Part shown: piece after piece, positions 1-13,304 of the stretch
Layout of the letters: each line of letters opens with the position of its first letter
How positions within the stretch are numbered: position 1 is the first letter of the stretch
Assembly (NCBI RefSeq): GCF_004010195.1
Contig: NC_057711.1
Span: forward strand, 75,843,579-75,907,578
From: Chiloscyllium plagiosum
Lineage: Eukaryota
DNA: 64,000 nucleotides
Direction of reading: 5' to 3'
Position numbers and translations under genes: made by a program
Notes under the pieces: model-generated
Told to the model about the DNA's origin: nothing
Database searches by the model: none
Seen by the model: only the letters and a program-made list of their open reading frames with translations

Positions 1-450
1 AACTCCCACATCCAACAAGAAGAGCATATCACTCTACTAAAGGCCATTTCTTGCTTCTTTCAATCTACAGACCCAGAAAATAGCACTGTCTTATTCCTCT
101 ACAAAACACTACTCTAGGTTAAATTAATACTTACAGCTTATATTTTTAAATTTAATTAAGAGACATATCTCAATATAACATATAATCAAGAAAGAACCCA
201 CTCTATTCACTACTGCAGACTTACTGTAAGGCCACACTTAAAATATTCATCTATCTGTTTCTGTGCTGTGACCTCTCCCAAACAGGTTCCTGCAAGATTA
301 GTTGTGAATTTCACTGTTCGTTAATTTTCCCAGACGCACTCCGATGTCCAGTGATACATGAATTCAAACAGCAAAGGCAGTAACTGTGCAGGTTCACTGT
401 TGTATCAGTTAGAATTGTGGGTTTCTTTCTCTCTCTCTCTCCTGCACCGA
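1..450 (-). mobile_element. CR1 LINE 5' UTR/ORF1-proximal region
   Basis: Closely similar to 35375-35765 and 29635-29930, which lie upstream of CR1 esterase ORF1 or ORF2 on the minus strand. Confidence 0.75.
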
Positions 451-459
451 CTTCACAAA

Positions 460-1508
460 CTGGCTCAAAGGTAGAAGACAGAAGGTGGTGGTGGAGAGTT
501 GTTTTCCACACTGAAGGCCTGTGACCAGTGGAGTGCCACAAGGACCGGTGCTGGGTCCACTACCTTTTGTCATTTATATAAACGATTTGGATGTGAGTAA
601 AAGAGGTATAGTTAGTAGGTTCGCAGATGACACCAAGTTCAGTGGACAATGAAGAAGGTTACCTCAGATTGCATCAGGATCTTGATCAGATGGATCAATA
701 GGCTGAGATGTGGCAGATGGAGTCTAATTTAGATAAATGTGAGGTACTGCATTTTGGGAAAGCAAATCTTGGCAGGATTTATACATTTAATGGTAATGTC
801 CAAGGGAGTGCTGCTGAACAAAGAGACTTTGGAGTGCAGGTTCAGAGCTCCTTGAAAGTGGAGTCGCAGCTAGATAGGATAGTGAAGAAGTTGTTTGGTA
901 TGCTTTCCTTTATTAGTCTGAGTGTTGAGTACAGGAGTTGGGAGGTCATGTTGTGGCTATAAAAAACATTGGTTAGGCCACTGTTGGAATATTGTGTACA
1001 AATCTGGTCTTCTTCCTATCGGAAAGATGGTGTGAAAATTGAAAGGGTTCAGAAAAGATTTTAAAGGATGTTGCCAGGGTTGGAGGATTTGAGCTATAGA
1101 GAGAGGCTGAATAGGCAGGGGCTGTTTTCCCAGGAGTGTCGGAGGCTGATAGGTAACCTTATAGAGGTTTATAAAATCATGAGGGGCATAGAAAGGATAA
1201 ATAGNNNNNNNNNNNNNNNNNNNNNNNNNNNNNNNNNNNNNNNNNNNNNNNNNNNNNNNNNNNNNNNNNNNNNNNGTTTTCACACAGAGGGTGGTACATG
1301 TATGAAATGAGCTGCAAGAGGAAGTGTTGGAGGTCAGTACAATTGCAACATTTAAGAGGCATTGGATGGGTATATGAATAGGAAGGTTTTGGGTGAATAT
1401 GGGCCAGGTGCTGGCAGGTGGGACTAGATTGGGTTGGGATATCTGGTCGGCATGAACAAGTTGGACTGAAGGGTCTGTTTCCGTGCTGTACATCTCTGTG
1501 ACTCTAAG
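460..1508 (+). mobile_element. CR1 (HER1-like) LINE 3' portion, RT C-terminus and 3' tail; contains an assembly gap
   Basis: Motifs GVPQGxVLGP, FADDTK, WQMExNxDKCEVLHFGK, LVRPLLEY and ctctgtgactct tail. Contains stops and frameshifts. Confidence 0.92.
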
Positions 1509-1509
1509 T

Positions 1510-4500
1510 ACCAAGGTAAGCAGTAGCGGTGACAGGGAACATCCCTTTCGGCTGCCCCTCCCCACAACAAAATTTCTCAATTTAACCCCATTCATGATAA
1601 CCGCTGCCTTGGGGTCTTTATATAACATTGGGACCCACCCGGCGAAAGCCCCTCCCAGACCAAAACGATCTAGAACAGCAAAGTGATACGACCATTCCAT
1701 CCATTCAAAAGCCTTTACTGCAACCAGAGGGGCCACCAAACCCAGACTCTTTCTCTGCTGACATATTTGTACTATATTCAATACCCATATGATATTGTTG
1801 GAGGAGCTGCGGCCCTTGATAAAATCCGTTGGTCCTCTTTAACAATAACAAGCAATACCTTCTCCAACCTCAGAGCCAACACCTTTAATAGAATTTTAAA
1901 ATCCACATTCAACAATGATAGGGGTCTGAATGATGTACAATCTTCAGGGTCTTTCCCTTTTCTTAAAATAAGGGAGTTATTAGCTTTCCTAAGAGAGCGT
2001 GGAAGGCAGTCCTGGCTATATAAATGACTATACATCTCCAGCAGTGGTTCAGTTAACATGTGTATAAACCCCTTATAAAGTTCACTTGGGAACCTGTCTG
2101 GACCAGGTGCCTTGCCAGCTTGGAGCTGCTTGCGCCTCCTGTACTGTCAGAGTTGCATTTAAAAGGGAGACCTTTTATATTGGGGAAGTCCAAGTTTTCA
2201 GAAAAGGATTCCATTCTCGCTTTTCAATCCTCACAGCCCTCTGACCGGCATAACTCTGCATAGAACTCCCGGAATCTGTCATTGATCTTCCTCAGTTCAC
2301 AAGTGACATTGCCATTTCTCTCCCTGATAGACACAATGGACTATGGAGCACTTCTCTTCCTAGCCAGGTAGATACCTGGCTTGTCCCCATATTCAAACAG
2401 CCTTTGCTTTGCAAAGGAAAACCCCTCACTTCGCCACCGAGCGCTGAGTCTGGAGCAGCCCGGAGAGTCATAGCCCATTGCAATTTGACCACGGATGATC
2501 TGGTATAATATGCCGATTCAGCTGCCTTCAGCCGGGCCTCAAGCATCTACTGCTGCTCTCCTCTCTGCCGCCTCCTTGTTTTCGAGTATGAAATAATCAT
2601 ACCCCTTAAGAATGCTTTGGTGGTCTCCCAGAATACTGATGGATTACTGCCGATTAATGTCCCAAAAAGCCCTGAGCTCCCTTGTGATATACTGTGCAAA
2701 ATTTTCATCCTTCAACAGAAACGGGTCCATGCATCAGTGCAGCGTGCCTACTCCACTACCTTTGGTCTTCAGATCTAAATATACTGCTGCATGGTCTGAA
2801 ATAGTTATGCTCCCAATCCTGCAGGCAAACATCAAGTTCAAACAAACTGACGGAACAAAGAACATACCAATTCTTGTGTGGCACTTGTGCGGGTAAACGG
2901 TGAAGTCCCTTGGGTGGAGGCACCTCTACAAATCTACTAGCCCCAACTCCTCACACAAGTTCACTAACTGTCTAGACTGCCGAGGTATACCCAACAGTCC
3001 TCCTGGCATCCTGTCCCCAGAGTCCATGAGACAATTGAAGTCTCCTCCTATAATCGTATGGCGTACCCCAAGAGCCATTAATTGAGAGACTGCATCAACT
3101 AAAAATCTGACAGGATGTGCCAGGAGACAGTAAACGTTCAGGATGCCATATTCTTCTCCGTGTATCAGTGCCTTGCGAATGATGAACCGTCCATACTTAT
3201 CCTTGATTTGATCTGTCACCTGAAATGGGAGGTTCTTTCATACTAGTCTGGCCACTCGTCTGCTTTTGAATGTAAAGAAGGAAAAGAATACTCTATCGTA
3301 TCCCCCTTGCTCTAACTTCAGATGTTCCCCATCAGTCAGATGTGTCTCTTGCAAGAGTACGAAGTCAACACTTTCCTTCCTAAGATTTGACAGCACCTTT
3401 TTCTTTTTAATGGGGGAATAACTCCCCTTTATGTTCCAGGTGCACCACCTGAACAGATCGCTAGCCATGACTGCCCTCTGCAGGCCGTTGTCTCCCAAGA
3501 GGAAGAAACTATTCAATGTCCGATGAGCGGAGGAAAAACTTTATCAAATCTAAAGATTATTCCTACAAACACTACCAAAACTACTAAAACTAAAAAAATT
3601 AACCTCTTCTCTTAACTTGAACAAATAAACACAAAAAACGCAAATTTCCAGAGATCCCCCTCCGCCCCAACTCCTTCCAGAGATCCCCCTCCCAACCTCA
3701 CAACCATCCTCGCACCTTGCAGTTAAGGCCATGCCCCAAACCTAAGCAATGGAAAAAAACTCATTATTTATACTTCTACAAGTTAACACTGGACGCCTAT
3801 CCCACCCCCTCCACATCTCAACTCCACACATCTTTGCATTAAAGGAGTAACCACCCCTCACCCAGCAAAACCCACAACAGAAAAACTAATAACCACCAAA
3901 CAGATATAACATAAAACATAACGGATTTTACACCAAAGCAATATTAAGCCTATAAGGCCCAAGACTCCAAAAGGGAAAAGAACAAAGACAGAGAAGATAA
4001 AAAAAATTTATATTATGCCATTACCCGCACTCATCTTTTCCTCATTCCTCCTCGGCCAAAGTGTATCATTTCAGCAAGTTCAAAAATTCTTGTACTTTTT
4101 CCGCCAAGTCAAAGTTGTCAACAGTCCCCCCATAATTGAAACATAGCACTGCTGGGTACCTCAGAGAATAGTGAATGTTTAAAACTCTTAATATTTTCTT
4201 TACATCATCAAAGGCTTTCCTTTTCTTAATTATGGCCACAGAAAAGTCATGAAAGAACATTATCTTTGAACTTTTATAAGCCAAAGCCTGTGGATCTTCA
4301 CCCTATCATCTGGCTGTTTCTATTATTAATTGCTTTTCCACATAACGCTGAAGTTACACGAGGACCGGGCAGGGACGCTGGGCTGGCCCGGACTTGCACA
4401 TTGCAATCCAGTGGGCCTGCTCCACATTCACCCCGCCTGACTCAATCTCCATCCCTTGCAACTCCAGAAGCCATCTCTCGAGAAAATCAGCAAGATTTTC

Positions 4501-5067
4501 ACCTTCTTCATGCTTTGGTAAGCCCAAGATCCATAGATTTTTTTCCTCCAACCTCAGTTCTTGTTCCTGCAGAGCCCAAACCTGGCCTTCCAAAGTTCAG
4601 GCCCACCCCTTGGAGCTCCCTGTCGTGGCCTTAGAGGCTGCGGTCCTCTGTTCCACCGCTTCTACAAGCTGATCCAAAGCCTGCTCATACTTTTTCAACA
4701 TGGCAGTAGTTGGTTCCAGCACTCTCTCGATACTTTCATGGAGTTTTGCAAACTCTGTTAGTAAATGCTGTTGCTCCAATGAACCTAAGGGTGCCGCCAC
4801 AGGAGTTGAGGTAACGAATGCGGGTGTGCTCAACATAGTAGGGGAGTTACCTGCCTGTTGTACTCCCTTTCCCTTGGAAGTCTTCATTTCAGCTCCAGAT
4901 CTGTCAAATCTTAAATTTTAAAGGACTCTAGGTTTCTCCCTACTTTACATTATAAACTTTCCTCAGGGATGGCTAATGAGGGTGAAGGGTAGGAGCCCAC
5001 CTTGCCTGGGGTACGGCACAGAGCCCAACACAGCAGACTGTTTAGACTGCCACCGTCTTGAATCTCC
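1510..5067 (-). mobile_element. L1-clade non-LTR retrotransposon, 5' half (5' UTR, ORF1 about 4066-4887, ORF2 APE endonuclease from 3468, RT to about 1510), degenerate
   Basis: ORF1 NLWILGLP...IMFFHDFS...KRKAF...YSLRYPA. Endonuclease TWNIKG, LLQETHL, IIGGDFN. RT SFRPLSLLNVDFKILxKVLA and RxGCSLSPLL. Many disablements; cut by the CR1 at 1508. Confidence 0.92.
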
Positions 5068-5268
5068 ACCACCCCTCATGATTTTAAAACTTCTACTAAA
5101 CCTCCCCTCAGTGTCCTCCTCTCAAGGAAAACAGCCCCAACTTTATCAATTTGTCCTTATAACTAAAGTTTTTTTAATTTCATAAACCTCTTCTGCAATC
5201 TCTCCAGTGCATTCATTTCCTCCTTAAAAAGTGGTGCCCAGGACTGTACACTGTACTCCATCTGAGGA

Positions 5269-5408
5269 GAAGGAGAATCGACGTTTCGGGCATAAGCCCG
5301 CTTATGCCCAAAACGTCGATTCTCCTTCTCCTTTGATGCTGCCTGACTTGCTGCGCTTTTCCAGCAACACATATTTAAGCTCTGATCCCAGCATCTGCAG
5401 TCCTCACT
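5269..5408. mobile_element. Penelope-derived fold-back mini-element inserted in an older CR1 fragment (about 5068-5470)
   Basis: 15-bp TSD tactccatctgagga (5254-5268, 5409-5423). Internal inverted repeat around gggcataagc/gcttatgccc. Sequence matches the 3' end of the Penelope element at 31245. Confidence 0.8.
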
Positions 5409-5789
5409 TACTCCATCTGAGGACTAAAGGTTCAGTATAACATCCTTGCTTTAATATCCTATCCTCTTATTAACAAAGCCTAGAATAGATCACACTGTAC
5501 TCTGTAATACAGAATAGCTTAATTCTGAATGATGAACTGTAGTTACCAATAGAGGCAAGTAGCGACAAAGAAATTAAATATTCAAATACCAAGAGAATTT
5601 CTTGAGTATGTGCCGCCATCTATTACAATATTTTTGATAACTATTTCATACAGGTTCTTATAATGTTGAATCATGCAGAACAACTAGGCCAAGTCCAATA
5701 GGGTCTCTGTTCCTTTGAATTGAAAACTATGACCACTATGTTGTGATAGTTGCATTGAAAACCTGTCACAGAGATGTTATTTTGGCTGA

Positions 5790-7423
5790 GTATTTATTAT
5801 GGATATGGAGGCTAGGAACTAGATATTGATGTCATGAAAACAGCCCACATCACAGGAGAGGAGATGCAGGAGGTCTTGAAAAACATAAAGATGGATAAAT
5901 GTCCAGGACCAGATCAAGTGTATACCAGGACATCGTGGGAAGCTAGGAAAGAAATTACAGGGTCCTAGCAGAGATATGTGTATTCTGTACAGCCACGGAT
6001 GAGGTGCAGGAGGACTACAACATGGCTAATGTTGTGCCTTTACCTAAGAAAGGTTGTAGGAGAAGCCTGGGAATGACAGACTGGTGAATCTGACAGCAAT
6101 GGCGGGTAAGTTGTTGGAGGGGATTCTGAGAGATAGAATTTACATGCATTGGGAGAGGTAAGGACTTATTAGGGATATTCAGCAAGGCTTTGTGCATGGG
6201 AAAACGTGCCTCACAAGTTTGATTGAGCTTTTTGAGAACATGACCAAAAGGATATATGAGGGCAGAATGGTAGATGTTGTCTGCGTGGACTTTAGTAAAG
6301 TCTTTGACAAGATTCTGCATGGTTGACTAGTTAGTAAAGTTAGATCACATGGAATTCAAGGAGAGTCTGTCAATTAGATACAAAATTGGCTTGATGTTTG
6401 GAGACAGAGAGTGGTGGTGGAGGGTTGTTTTTTGGATTGGAGGCCTGTGACCAGCCGTGTACCGCATGTATCAGTGCTGGACATACTGTTGTTTGTCATT
6501 TATATAAAATATCTGGATGAAAATTTAGGAGGCATGGTTAGTAAGTTTGCAGATAATACCAAAACTGGTAGTACAGTGGACAGTGTAGGTTATTTAAGCT
6601 TACAAAGGCATCTAGATCAATTATGGCAATTGGCTAACGACTGGCAGATGGAATTTAGTTTGGATAAATGAGAGCTATTGTATTTTGGCAAAACAAACAA
6701 AGGCAGGTCTAGTACAATTAATGGTAGGGCCCTAGGTAATGTTGCCAAACAGAGAGACCAAAGGGTTCAGGTACATGGTTCTTTGAAAGTTGCATCATAG
6801 GTAGACAGGGTGGTTAAGAAAGCATTTAGCACATTTGCCTTCATTGCTCAGACCATTTAGTATATGAGTCGGGATGTCAGGTTGCACAGGACATTAGTGA
6901 GGCCAATTTTGGAGTATCATTAAGAGTTCGGGTCGCCCTGCTATAGGAAGGATATTATTAAATTTTAGGGGGTTCAGCAAAGATTTACAAGGATGTTGCT
7001 GTGACTGGAGAGTTTGAGTTATAAGGAGAGGCTGAATAGGCTAAGATGTTTTTAATTGGAGCATAGAAATTTGAGGGGTGACCTTCTGAAGGTTTATAAA
7101 ATCATGAGCAGAGATAAGCTGAAGAGCAAAGGTGTTTTCTCTAGTGTAGAGGAGTTCAAAACTAGATTTTTAAGGTGAGAAGCAAAAGATTTTAAAGGGA
7201 CATAAGAGGAAACTGTTTCAAACAGAGGGCGATTTATATGTGGAATTAACAGACAGGGGAAGTGGTAGAATAAAGTACAGTGCCAACATTTAAAAGATAC
7301 AGATACATGAATAGGAAAGCTTTAGAGAGATATGGGCCAAACGCAGGCAAATAGGACTAGTTTAGTTTGGGAAACTTGATCGGCATGGATGAGTTAGACT
7401 GAAGGGTCTGTTTCCTTAATGTA
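5790..7423 (+). mobile_element. CR1 LINE ORF2 RT and 3' end, degenerate
   Basis: DFSKVFDK, WRPVTS, KFADNTK and WQMEFS motifs, with a CR1 3' UTR. Confidence 0.9.
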
Positions 7424-7434
7424 TCAAATCTTAC

Positions 7435-7483
7435 CATCATACTGCTGAAACCCATCTTGTCCGACCTCTACTTCACTGGCAGG
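7435..7483 (-). CDS. NMRK1: NMRK1 coding exon (PASEVEVGQDGFQQYD)
   Basis: tttccag acceptor and gtaaga donor, 49 nt. Similar to human PESEIETDKNGFLQYD. The remaining exons lie left of the window. Confidence 0.93.
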
Positions 7484-8378
7484 CTGGAAAAAATAAATAT
7501 AAAAGTTTAGTCCAAAATAAAATTCCTCATCCATAGTTTTAGGAATTAGTCTCAGCTTCTGGTCCATACAAGATTTGAAGCTTGGAGCTATTAAAAATTT
7601 AGGAACAGTGATATACTGATTCCATTCTTTCAGAAGTTCAACTCCCAAATATGAAGAGAGAATTACCAGTGGATTAATAGAAAAAGGATTTAAGAGATAT
7701 TTATTACAATGAACAAAGAAGATGTGACACTTTCAAAACAAAGTTATGAAAGATGGCAGAGTTGTAAGAACAGTGTGTGCAATAAGCAGAAACCACAATG
7801 GCTCATGGAGACTTAGCTAAGTAACATGGTCTAAGAGATATCTTTCAGTGGGCAAAAATATGTAAACAAAAAGGCAGAACAAAATTAAATTAGGATCACA
7901 ATTCAACTTAATAAAACACAAGAAAGCATTTACTTTGCTCATTTTAGCACTTCACAGAAAATAAAGAAGACTTGAAACATTACGCACCCAGAACTATAGA
8001 CGGTACCACCAGCTTAAAAGTACATTTTAATAGATATTGTGATCCGACTAATCATGATCCTACAGATTAAATTAGCATTGCATCTGCAGATGTTCTGTGG
8101 TTGTGACCCAAATTGAGTTTGAAGTATAAGTTGGACAGTAACTAATTCGCATCTAAAACAATACTGGGTTCCAAATAAAGCCTTAACAACAAGTACACAT
8201 CATTCTTATGAATTAATCTACTGAAACCCTATGTCATGCCAAATTTTCCTGAAAATGGTAAAAACCTGCTGTATCAGAATTCTTGTCATTTTCCAAAGAC
8301 TTCTGCCAGTTTCACGCCAAACACAATAGTGGAACCCCATGACTTTTCAGGGACTTAGTTTCTACTTTTAATCACTTT

Positions 8379-8978
8379 TGTTATGGACCAGACCAAACCC
8401 TTCAAAATGTATTAAGAAGGAAGCCTAGACCCCAACTTTTTCTTTCTTTTAATAGTATGTGTAAGGTATTGTGTTCTGGATACAATTCAAATGCTTGAAG
8501 CAAAACACCCTTTATTTTTACACTTTAGTTAAAATACAAACAAAATTAAGATGATTGGAATAACTCAACTCTATTGGAAATCATTACAGAAGAATAGATT
8601 ATTTAACTATAAAACAGCAACTGTTCCAAAATAGTAACATCCCATAAACACACCCTTATCAAAGGCAAACTCAATAAAATAGATTGCCTCACATGCAATT
8701 CTAGCAGCAGGAAAAGAACCCAAGCTTGCAGTTTCAACAGAGAGTGGAAGAACAGCTTCCACATCCAGCTTCAAGACCCCAGCAACTGCTGATAGAGAAA
8801 ACTAAAATCCTGGTTCTGTGAGAGTTTGGCCCCACCTCTTCATACATCTTCTGTTGTTCCAACTTTTAAAAAATACCAAAGCTAGTTGGGCTCCGAGTAG
8901 ACAGCTTGGCTCAAAGTTTACAAGATTTGCTTTCAAAAGAAACATGACAGAACAAATCCTTCTTAAAGGCACATCTCA
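8379..8978. mobile_element. Solo LTR (TG...CA), same family as 11334-11950 in opposite orientation
   Basis: Begins tgttatggaccagaccaaac, the reverse complement of the end of 11334-11950. Similar along its length. Confidence 0.7.
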
Positions 8979-9707
8979 TTTCACTGATGAATTCATTTCA
9001 GCATATTTTAATATATTCTATCGGGGAAAGCGTGAAGGCTAAATTAAGATTTAATGTGAAACAGTCACCAAGGACAGACCTAATTTATCTACGGCTAAAG
9101 GAAATAAGTGGTCATTAGTGATGCTACAGTAAATGTTTTCATATATTGTCAATCCCTAGGTGCCTTTGAGAAAGTGGTTATGACATGCCTTCTTGAACTG
9201 TTGCAATCCATGTACATGTATTGTAGATGCTCTGACAGTGCCATTAGGAAGTTTCAACACTTTGACCCAATGATCATGAAGCAACAAATAGTTTTTTCTT
9301 TATCCATTCATGGAACTGAAAGAATAGCTACTGTGATGGGATTTGAAGGATGGGACCCCAATCATTACCCTGGGCATGTCGATTACTTGATCAGTAATAA
9401 CGAGTTGAACCTTCCTATATTTTGGCTCTGTCAATTGTTGCAAGTTTCTTTAATGTTTTCTCTTTGCGACCTCTGGCAAATTTTCTCATACAATTCTGTG
9501 CAACTCAACTCATTAATTATGCACTGGTCTTCACAGGGCCATTCTCATGCAGTCTTGCGTGAGCAAAGGCAGAACAGATGGCAATTCCAGGACCTCCTGG
9601 TGTTCATGTTGTAGGCACCATATCTAAACCCCAGGTGCATCCTATTTCAAATACTGCAAGCCAGTGCTCTTGTACATTCCAAAGGACATGGCCCATGAGA
9701 GGATTTG

Positions 9708-9906
9708 GCACTCTGCTTCCCTGATAGGGACCTGGAGGCCCGTAGGGCTGGTGTGGTGAAGAGGAGTGCCATTTTCTTTCATTAGGATTGATGAAAGTGA
9801 CCATAGAATGAACACTGCCAGCTTGGCGAAAAGTGCTGCCTCCACAGTTTGGAGGAACATGGTACAATGCTGCAAGAGGTTAATGAACTCCTGCACTTTG
9901 CCAGGG
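9708..9906 (+). mobile_element. Degenerate Myb/SANT-like (trihelix) exon of a Harbinger-type DNA transposon
   Basis: Translates across frameshifts as LALCFPDRDLEA..GVVKRSAIFF...PAWRKV...RNMVQCCKR/NELLHFAR|gtaagt, resembling Harbinger Myb-like proteins (F...LE...V.....LF...W..V...R...QC.KR.NDL). Confidence 0.55.
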
Positions 9907-9962
9907 TAAGTGCCACCATGTTCTCCTTGTTACCTTACATTCACTCTAACTCTGTCACTGCA

Positions 9963-10152
9963 TGATATGGAGATGCCGGTATTGGACTGGGGTGTACAAA
10001 GTTAAAAATCACACAACACCAGGTTATAGCCCAACAAGTTTAATTGGAAGCACTAGCTTTTGAAGCACAACCACCTGATGAAGGAGCAGCGCTCCGAAAT
10101 CTAGTGCTTCCAATTAAACCTGTTGGATTATAACCTGGTGTTGTGTGATTTT
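9963..10152. mobile_element. Penelope-derived fold-back mini-element with hammerhead core
   Basis: Flanking duplication taactctgtca(c/t)tgca (9947-9962, 10153-10168). Inverted arms of about 60 bp. CTGATGA-GGAGC/GCTCC-GAAA at 10075-10099. Confidence 0.8.
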
Positions 10153-11333
10153 TAACTCTGTCATTGCACACCTCTTCCACCAAGACTCATGGTTTACCAC
10201 AAATGCATGCACCATCTTTCCTCAAAGCTCTTGCTCAACTCAACCTCCTAAATACAAAGCCTCCTATCCTCAGCACTTTCCATTCACTCTTTTGGGACAC
10301 CACACTACCTTCTGGCATTTGCAACATGAACAACTCTTCCAACCACTTTCATTTCACTCAATCCCTGCAGGACAAAAAAAACAGGCCATAATAGGGCTGA
10401 AAGGGCCAAAGGTGGATAGTAAACCTTCATCTCATTTCGTAAGAGGAGTAATTCCTGAACTCGTGAAAGAGGACCATGACTGCTCATGTGGTGCTGTTGA
10501 GATCTCCATATCCTGGCAGCTGATTAAACTTCATTGCCTATGCTGTGCTACTCCCCTATTACCAACAATGTGAACACCTTTTGAATTGCTCAAGCTTTTA
10601 TACCTATTGTGCAATACAATTCCCCCTCTTGTTTTGTGCAAGGCTGTCTTCTGTATACTTCAAAAGCTCAGATACTTCTACCTCTGTACGGACATTATCT
10701 AAATTAGACACTGGAGAATATTCTGGTTTGTCTGGCGTGTCTACACAGCTGACCGAGGAAGAAACTCTTCAGGTCTCTGACACTGTGAAGCCCCAGATAA
10801 CAGGCACCCGATCAGCTCCCTGCTGAAGATGACCCCATGGTGTCAGCCATTAATATCTTTGCGCAAAAGGATAAACAAATACAGAAGCAATAGGTAGGTT
10901 TGTCAGAGACCCTCAGAATTAAAAGATCGAAGGATTCTACCAATGTTATCAATATCGTGCTAACTCTAGTATATCAAAGATTAGTGGTAATCCAGAGGTT
11001 TAGGAATGTTTTAAAACCAACAAGAGATGATTGGAAAAAACTGAGACGATAAACTTTGAGGGTAAACTTGCAAGTAATATCAAGACGTATAGCTAGTGCT
11101 TTTTAAAATATATATAAAGGAAGAGAGAAGGCCACTCAGGGATTGAGGCTAGAATCATCATAGAATCGCGACAGTGCAGATAGACGCCATTTGGTCCACC
11201 TAGGTCTGTACTGATCCTCTGTAAAACATCCCACCCCACCCCACTGCACCACCTCATGGATTTACCATAGCTTAACCCACCTAGCCTGTACAATCTTGAA
11301 CACTACAGATAATTTAGCATGGCCAATCCACAC

Positions 11334-11950
11334 TGTGATGATACTATGGCTTTAAAAGATTATTTTGTCCTTTTTTTCGAAGAGAAGTTTTAAGGCAGAG
11401 ATACCAAGCAGTCTATTAGGTTGTGAGGCCTTGGAATCTTTGTTAAATGTTGGAACATTCGAAGTAGCCTGAATGGATGTGGTAAAGCTCTCACAGAACC
11501 AGGACTTTCAGTTTAGTTTTTTTGTTTTAGCTTTCAGCAGTTGTTACTGGGTTCTAGCAGGGTTGGAGTAAATCTCAGGATTTTCTCTTGCTACTTCTTC
11601 CCTCCAGGGCTGCTAGAGTTGCATACGAGATAATCTGTTTTCTGAATTTGCCTTTTGTCAAGAGTGTGTCTTTGGGATGTTACTCTATTGGAACAGTTAA
11701 TTAGTCATAGTTACTGTATCTATTATTCTGTTAAGTTTTCCAATCGAGTTAAGTTATTGCAATTCCTTTTTACTTTTATTGTATTTTAACTGTAGTAGAA
11801 GAATAAAGTCTGTTTTGCTTTAAATCTGGTAGATTAACCAATCCAATTGCACCTGGAATGCAACCTCTCACATTTACCTCAAAATAAGAAAAGGTTAGGG
11901 TCTAGACAATCTTCTGAATATCTTGAAATTGTTTGGTCTGGTCCATAACA
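11334..11950. mobile_element. Solo LTR inserted in a V-SINE fragment (about 11153-11970, minus strand)
   Basis: TG...CA termini and AATAAA near 11802. SINE sequence resumes (atctttggact) after the LTR. Confidence 0.7.
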
Positions 11951-11984
11951 ATATCTTTGGACTTTGAGAGGAAACTGGAGTATC

Positions 11985-12560
11985 GAAGAAAGTCACACAA
12001 ACCACTGAGCTGCCATAGAGAAATAATAATGGGGAGTTGGTAAATGGCAGAGGAGATGAATAAATTCTCAGCATTAGTCTTCACAGTAAAAGATACGAAT
12101 GCCATTCCAAGATTACTAAACATTCAAGGGGTAAAAGGATGAGACGAAATAATAATCACTGGAGAAAAATACTCTTGAAACAAATAAAGACCACTAAGTC
12201 CCCTAGATCTGATAGCATACAAACTAGGATATTAAATTAAATAAAGTAGCTATAGAATTAGTTGATGCACTGGTAAGAATTTTCAAAGACTCCTTAGTTT
12301 CTGGAATGTGGCAGATGTTTAGAAAACTGCCACTGTAACATCTTATACAAATGGGAAAGAGATCAATAAAAGGGAAGTATAGGGCAATTAGCTTAACATC
12401 TGTAAGTGAGAGAATGTTAAAGAGTCTATTGTAAAGGATGAAATAACCAAGTATTTAGAAATGTATAATATGATCAAACAATGTCAGCATGGTTTCATGA
12501 AGGGAAAATCATGCCTGACAAATTTATTAGAATTCTTCAAAGAGATAACAAGTAGAGGGA
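11985..12560 (+). mobile_element. Old CR1 ORF2 fragment (also about 10860-11150)
   Basis: cagcatggtttcatgaagggaaaatcatgcctgacaaatttattagaattctt encodes QHGFMKGKSCLTNLLEFF. Confidence 0.8.
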
Positions 12561-13191
12561 GCAGTCATTCAATCATTATGCCTCAATCATTCAATCCCTC
12601 TACTTGAGCTCCCTGTTTTCCCAAACACAGCAGTGCCACAGATAACACCCTCGCTCTTAATATTTACTGCCCAGTCTCCCAGGACTGATTCTGGCTTACA
12701 CCTGAACAAACTTTGAAGAACAGCCCCAACTAAGGACAATTGAATCCCGCCTGGTTTCCCGCCACTTTTCAACTACGTACTGATAATCCCCACATTGGTT
12801 GGACCTGACCTGAAGGACTGACTGTGGCCCAAAACAACCTGCTCCTGACCCCACCCTGACTGAGGTTGGATGAAGTCCTTGAGTGATTGTGGCAGCAGCT
12901 CTTACTGACCATAGGTCCCCTTTATTTGATTAAGATTATGTCCCTTAGATTTTCATACATGGCCATTTGGTTGAAGGACGTGCAATGTGTTCGGCTGGTA
13001 ACTTGATGGCACCTGCCAAAGAAGCGATATCGGCGGAGCATAGTCCGGATGTATAAATAAGTTTATTCAATATTAGATTAGTATGAATGGGTATTTTGTT
13101 TTTTTTCTCATCTCACGTAAATAATGTAACAGTGTTAATGTATTTCAAGTAATAATAGAAATTAAGCAACAATAGAAATTTTAAGACTTAC

Positions 13192-13282
13192 CTTAAAAAA
13201 TGTATCTTGACATAGCAACATGCTGTTTGGAACAGCTTTCTTAAGTTTCCTTGCAAGTGTAGTTTTTCCACCATTTGTGATT
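13192..13282 (-). CDS. NMRK1: NMRK1 coding exon with P-loop (ITNGGKTTLARKLKKAVPNSMLLCQDTFFK)
   Basis: ttcag acceptor and gtaagt donor, 91 nt. Walker A GxxxxGKT and the QDxFFK motif of NRK/uridine-kinase-like enzymes. Frame joins both neighbouring exons. Confidence 0.95.
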
Positions 13283-13304
13283 CTGAATTTAAAAAAGACC
13301 ATAA

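Noticed and set aside
9108..9614. 168-aa plus-strand ORF
   Set aside because: It crosses unrelated repeat fragments and has no recognisable homology.
8379..11950. Two related LTRs as the ends of one provirus
   Set aside because: They are in opposite orientation with no gag/pol between them, so they are independent solo LTRs.
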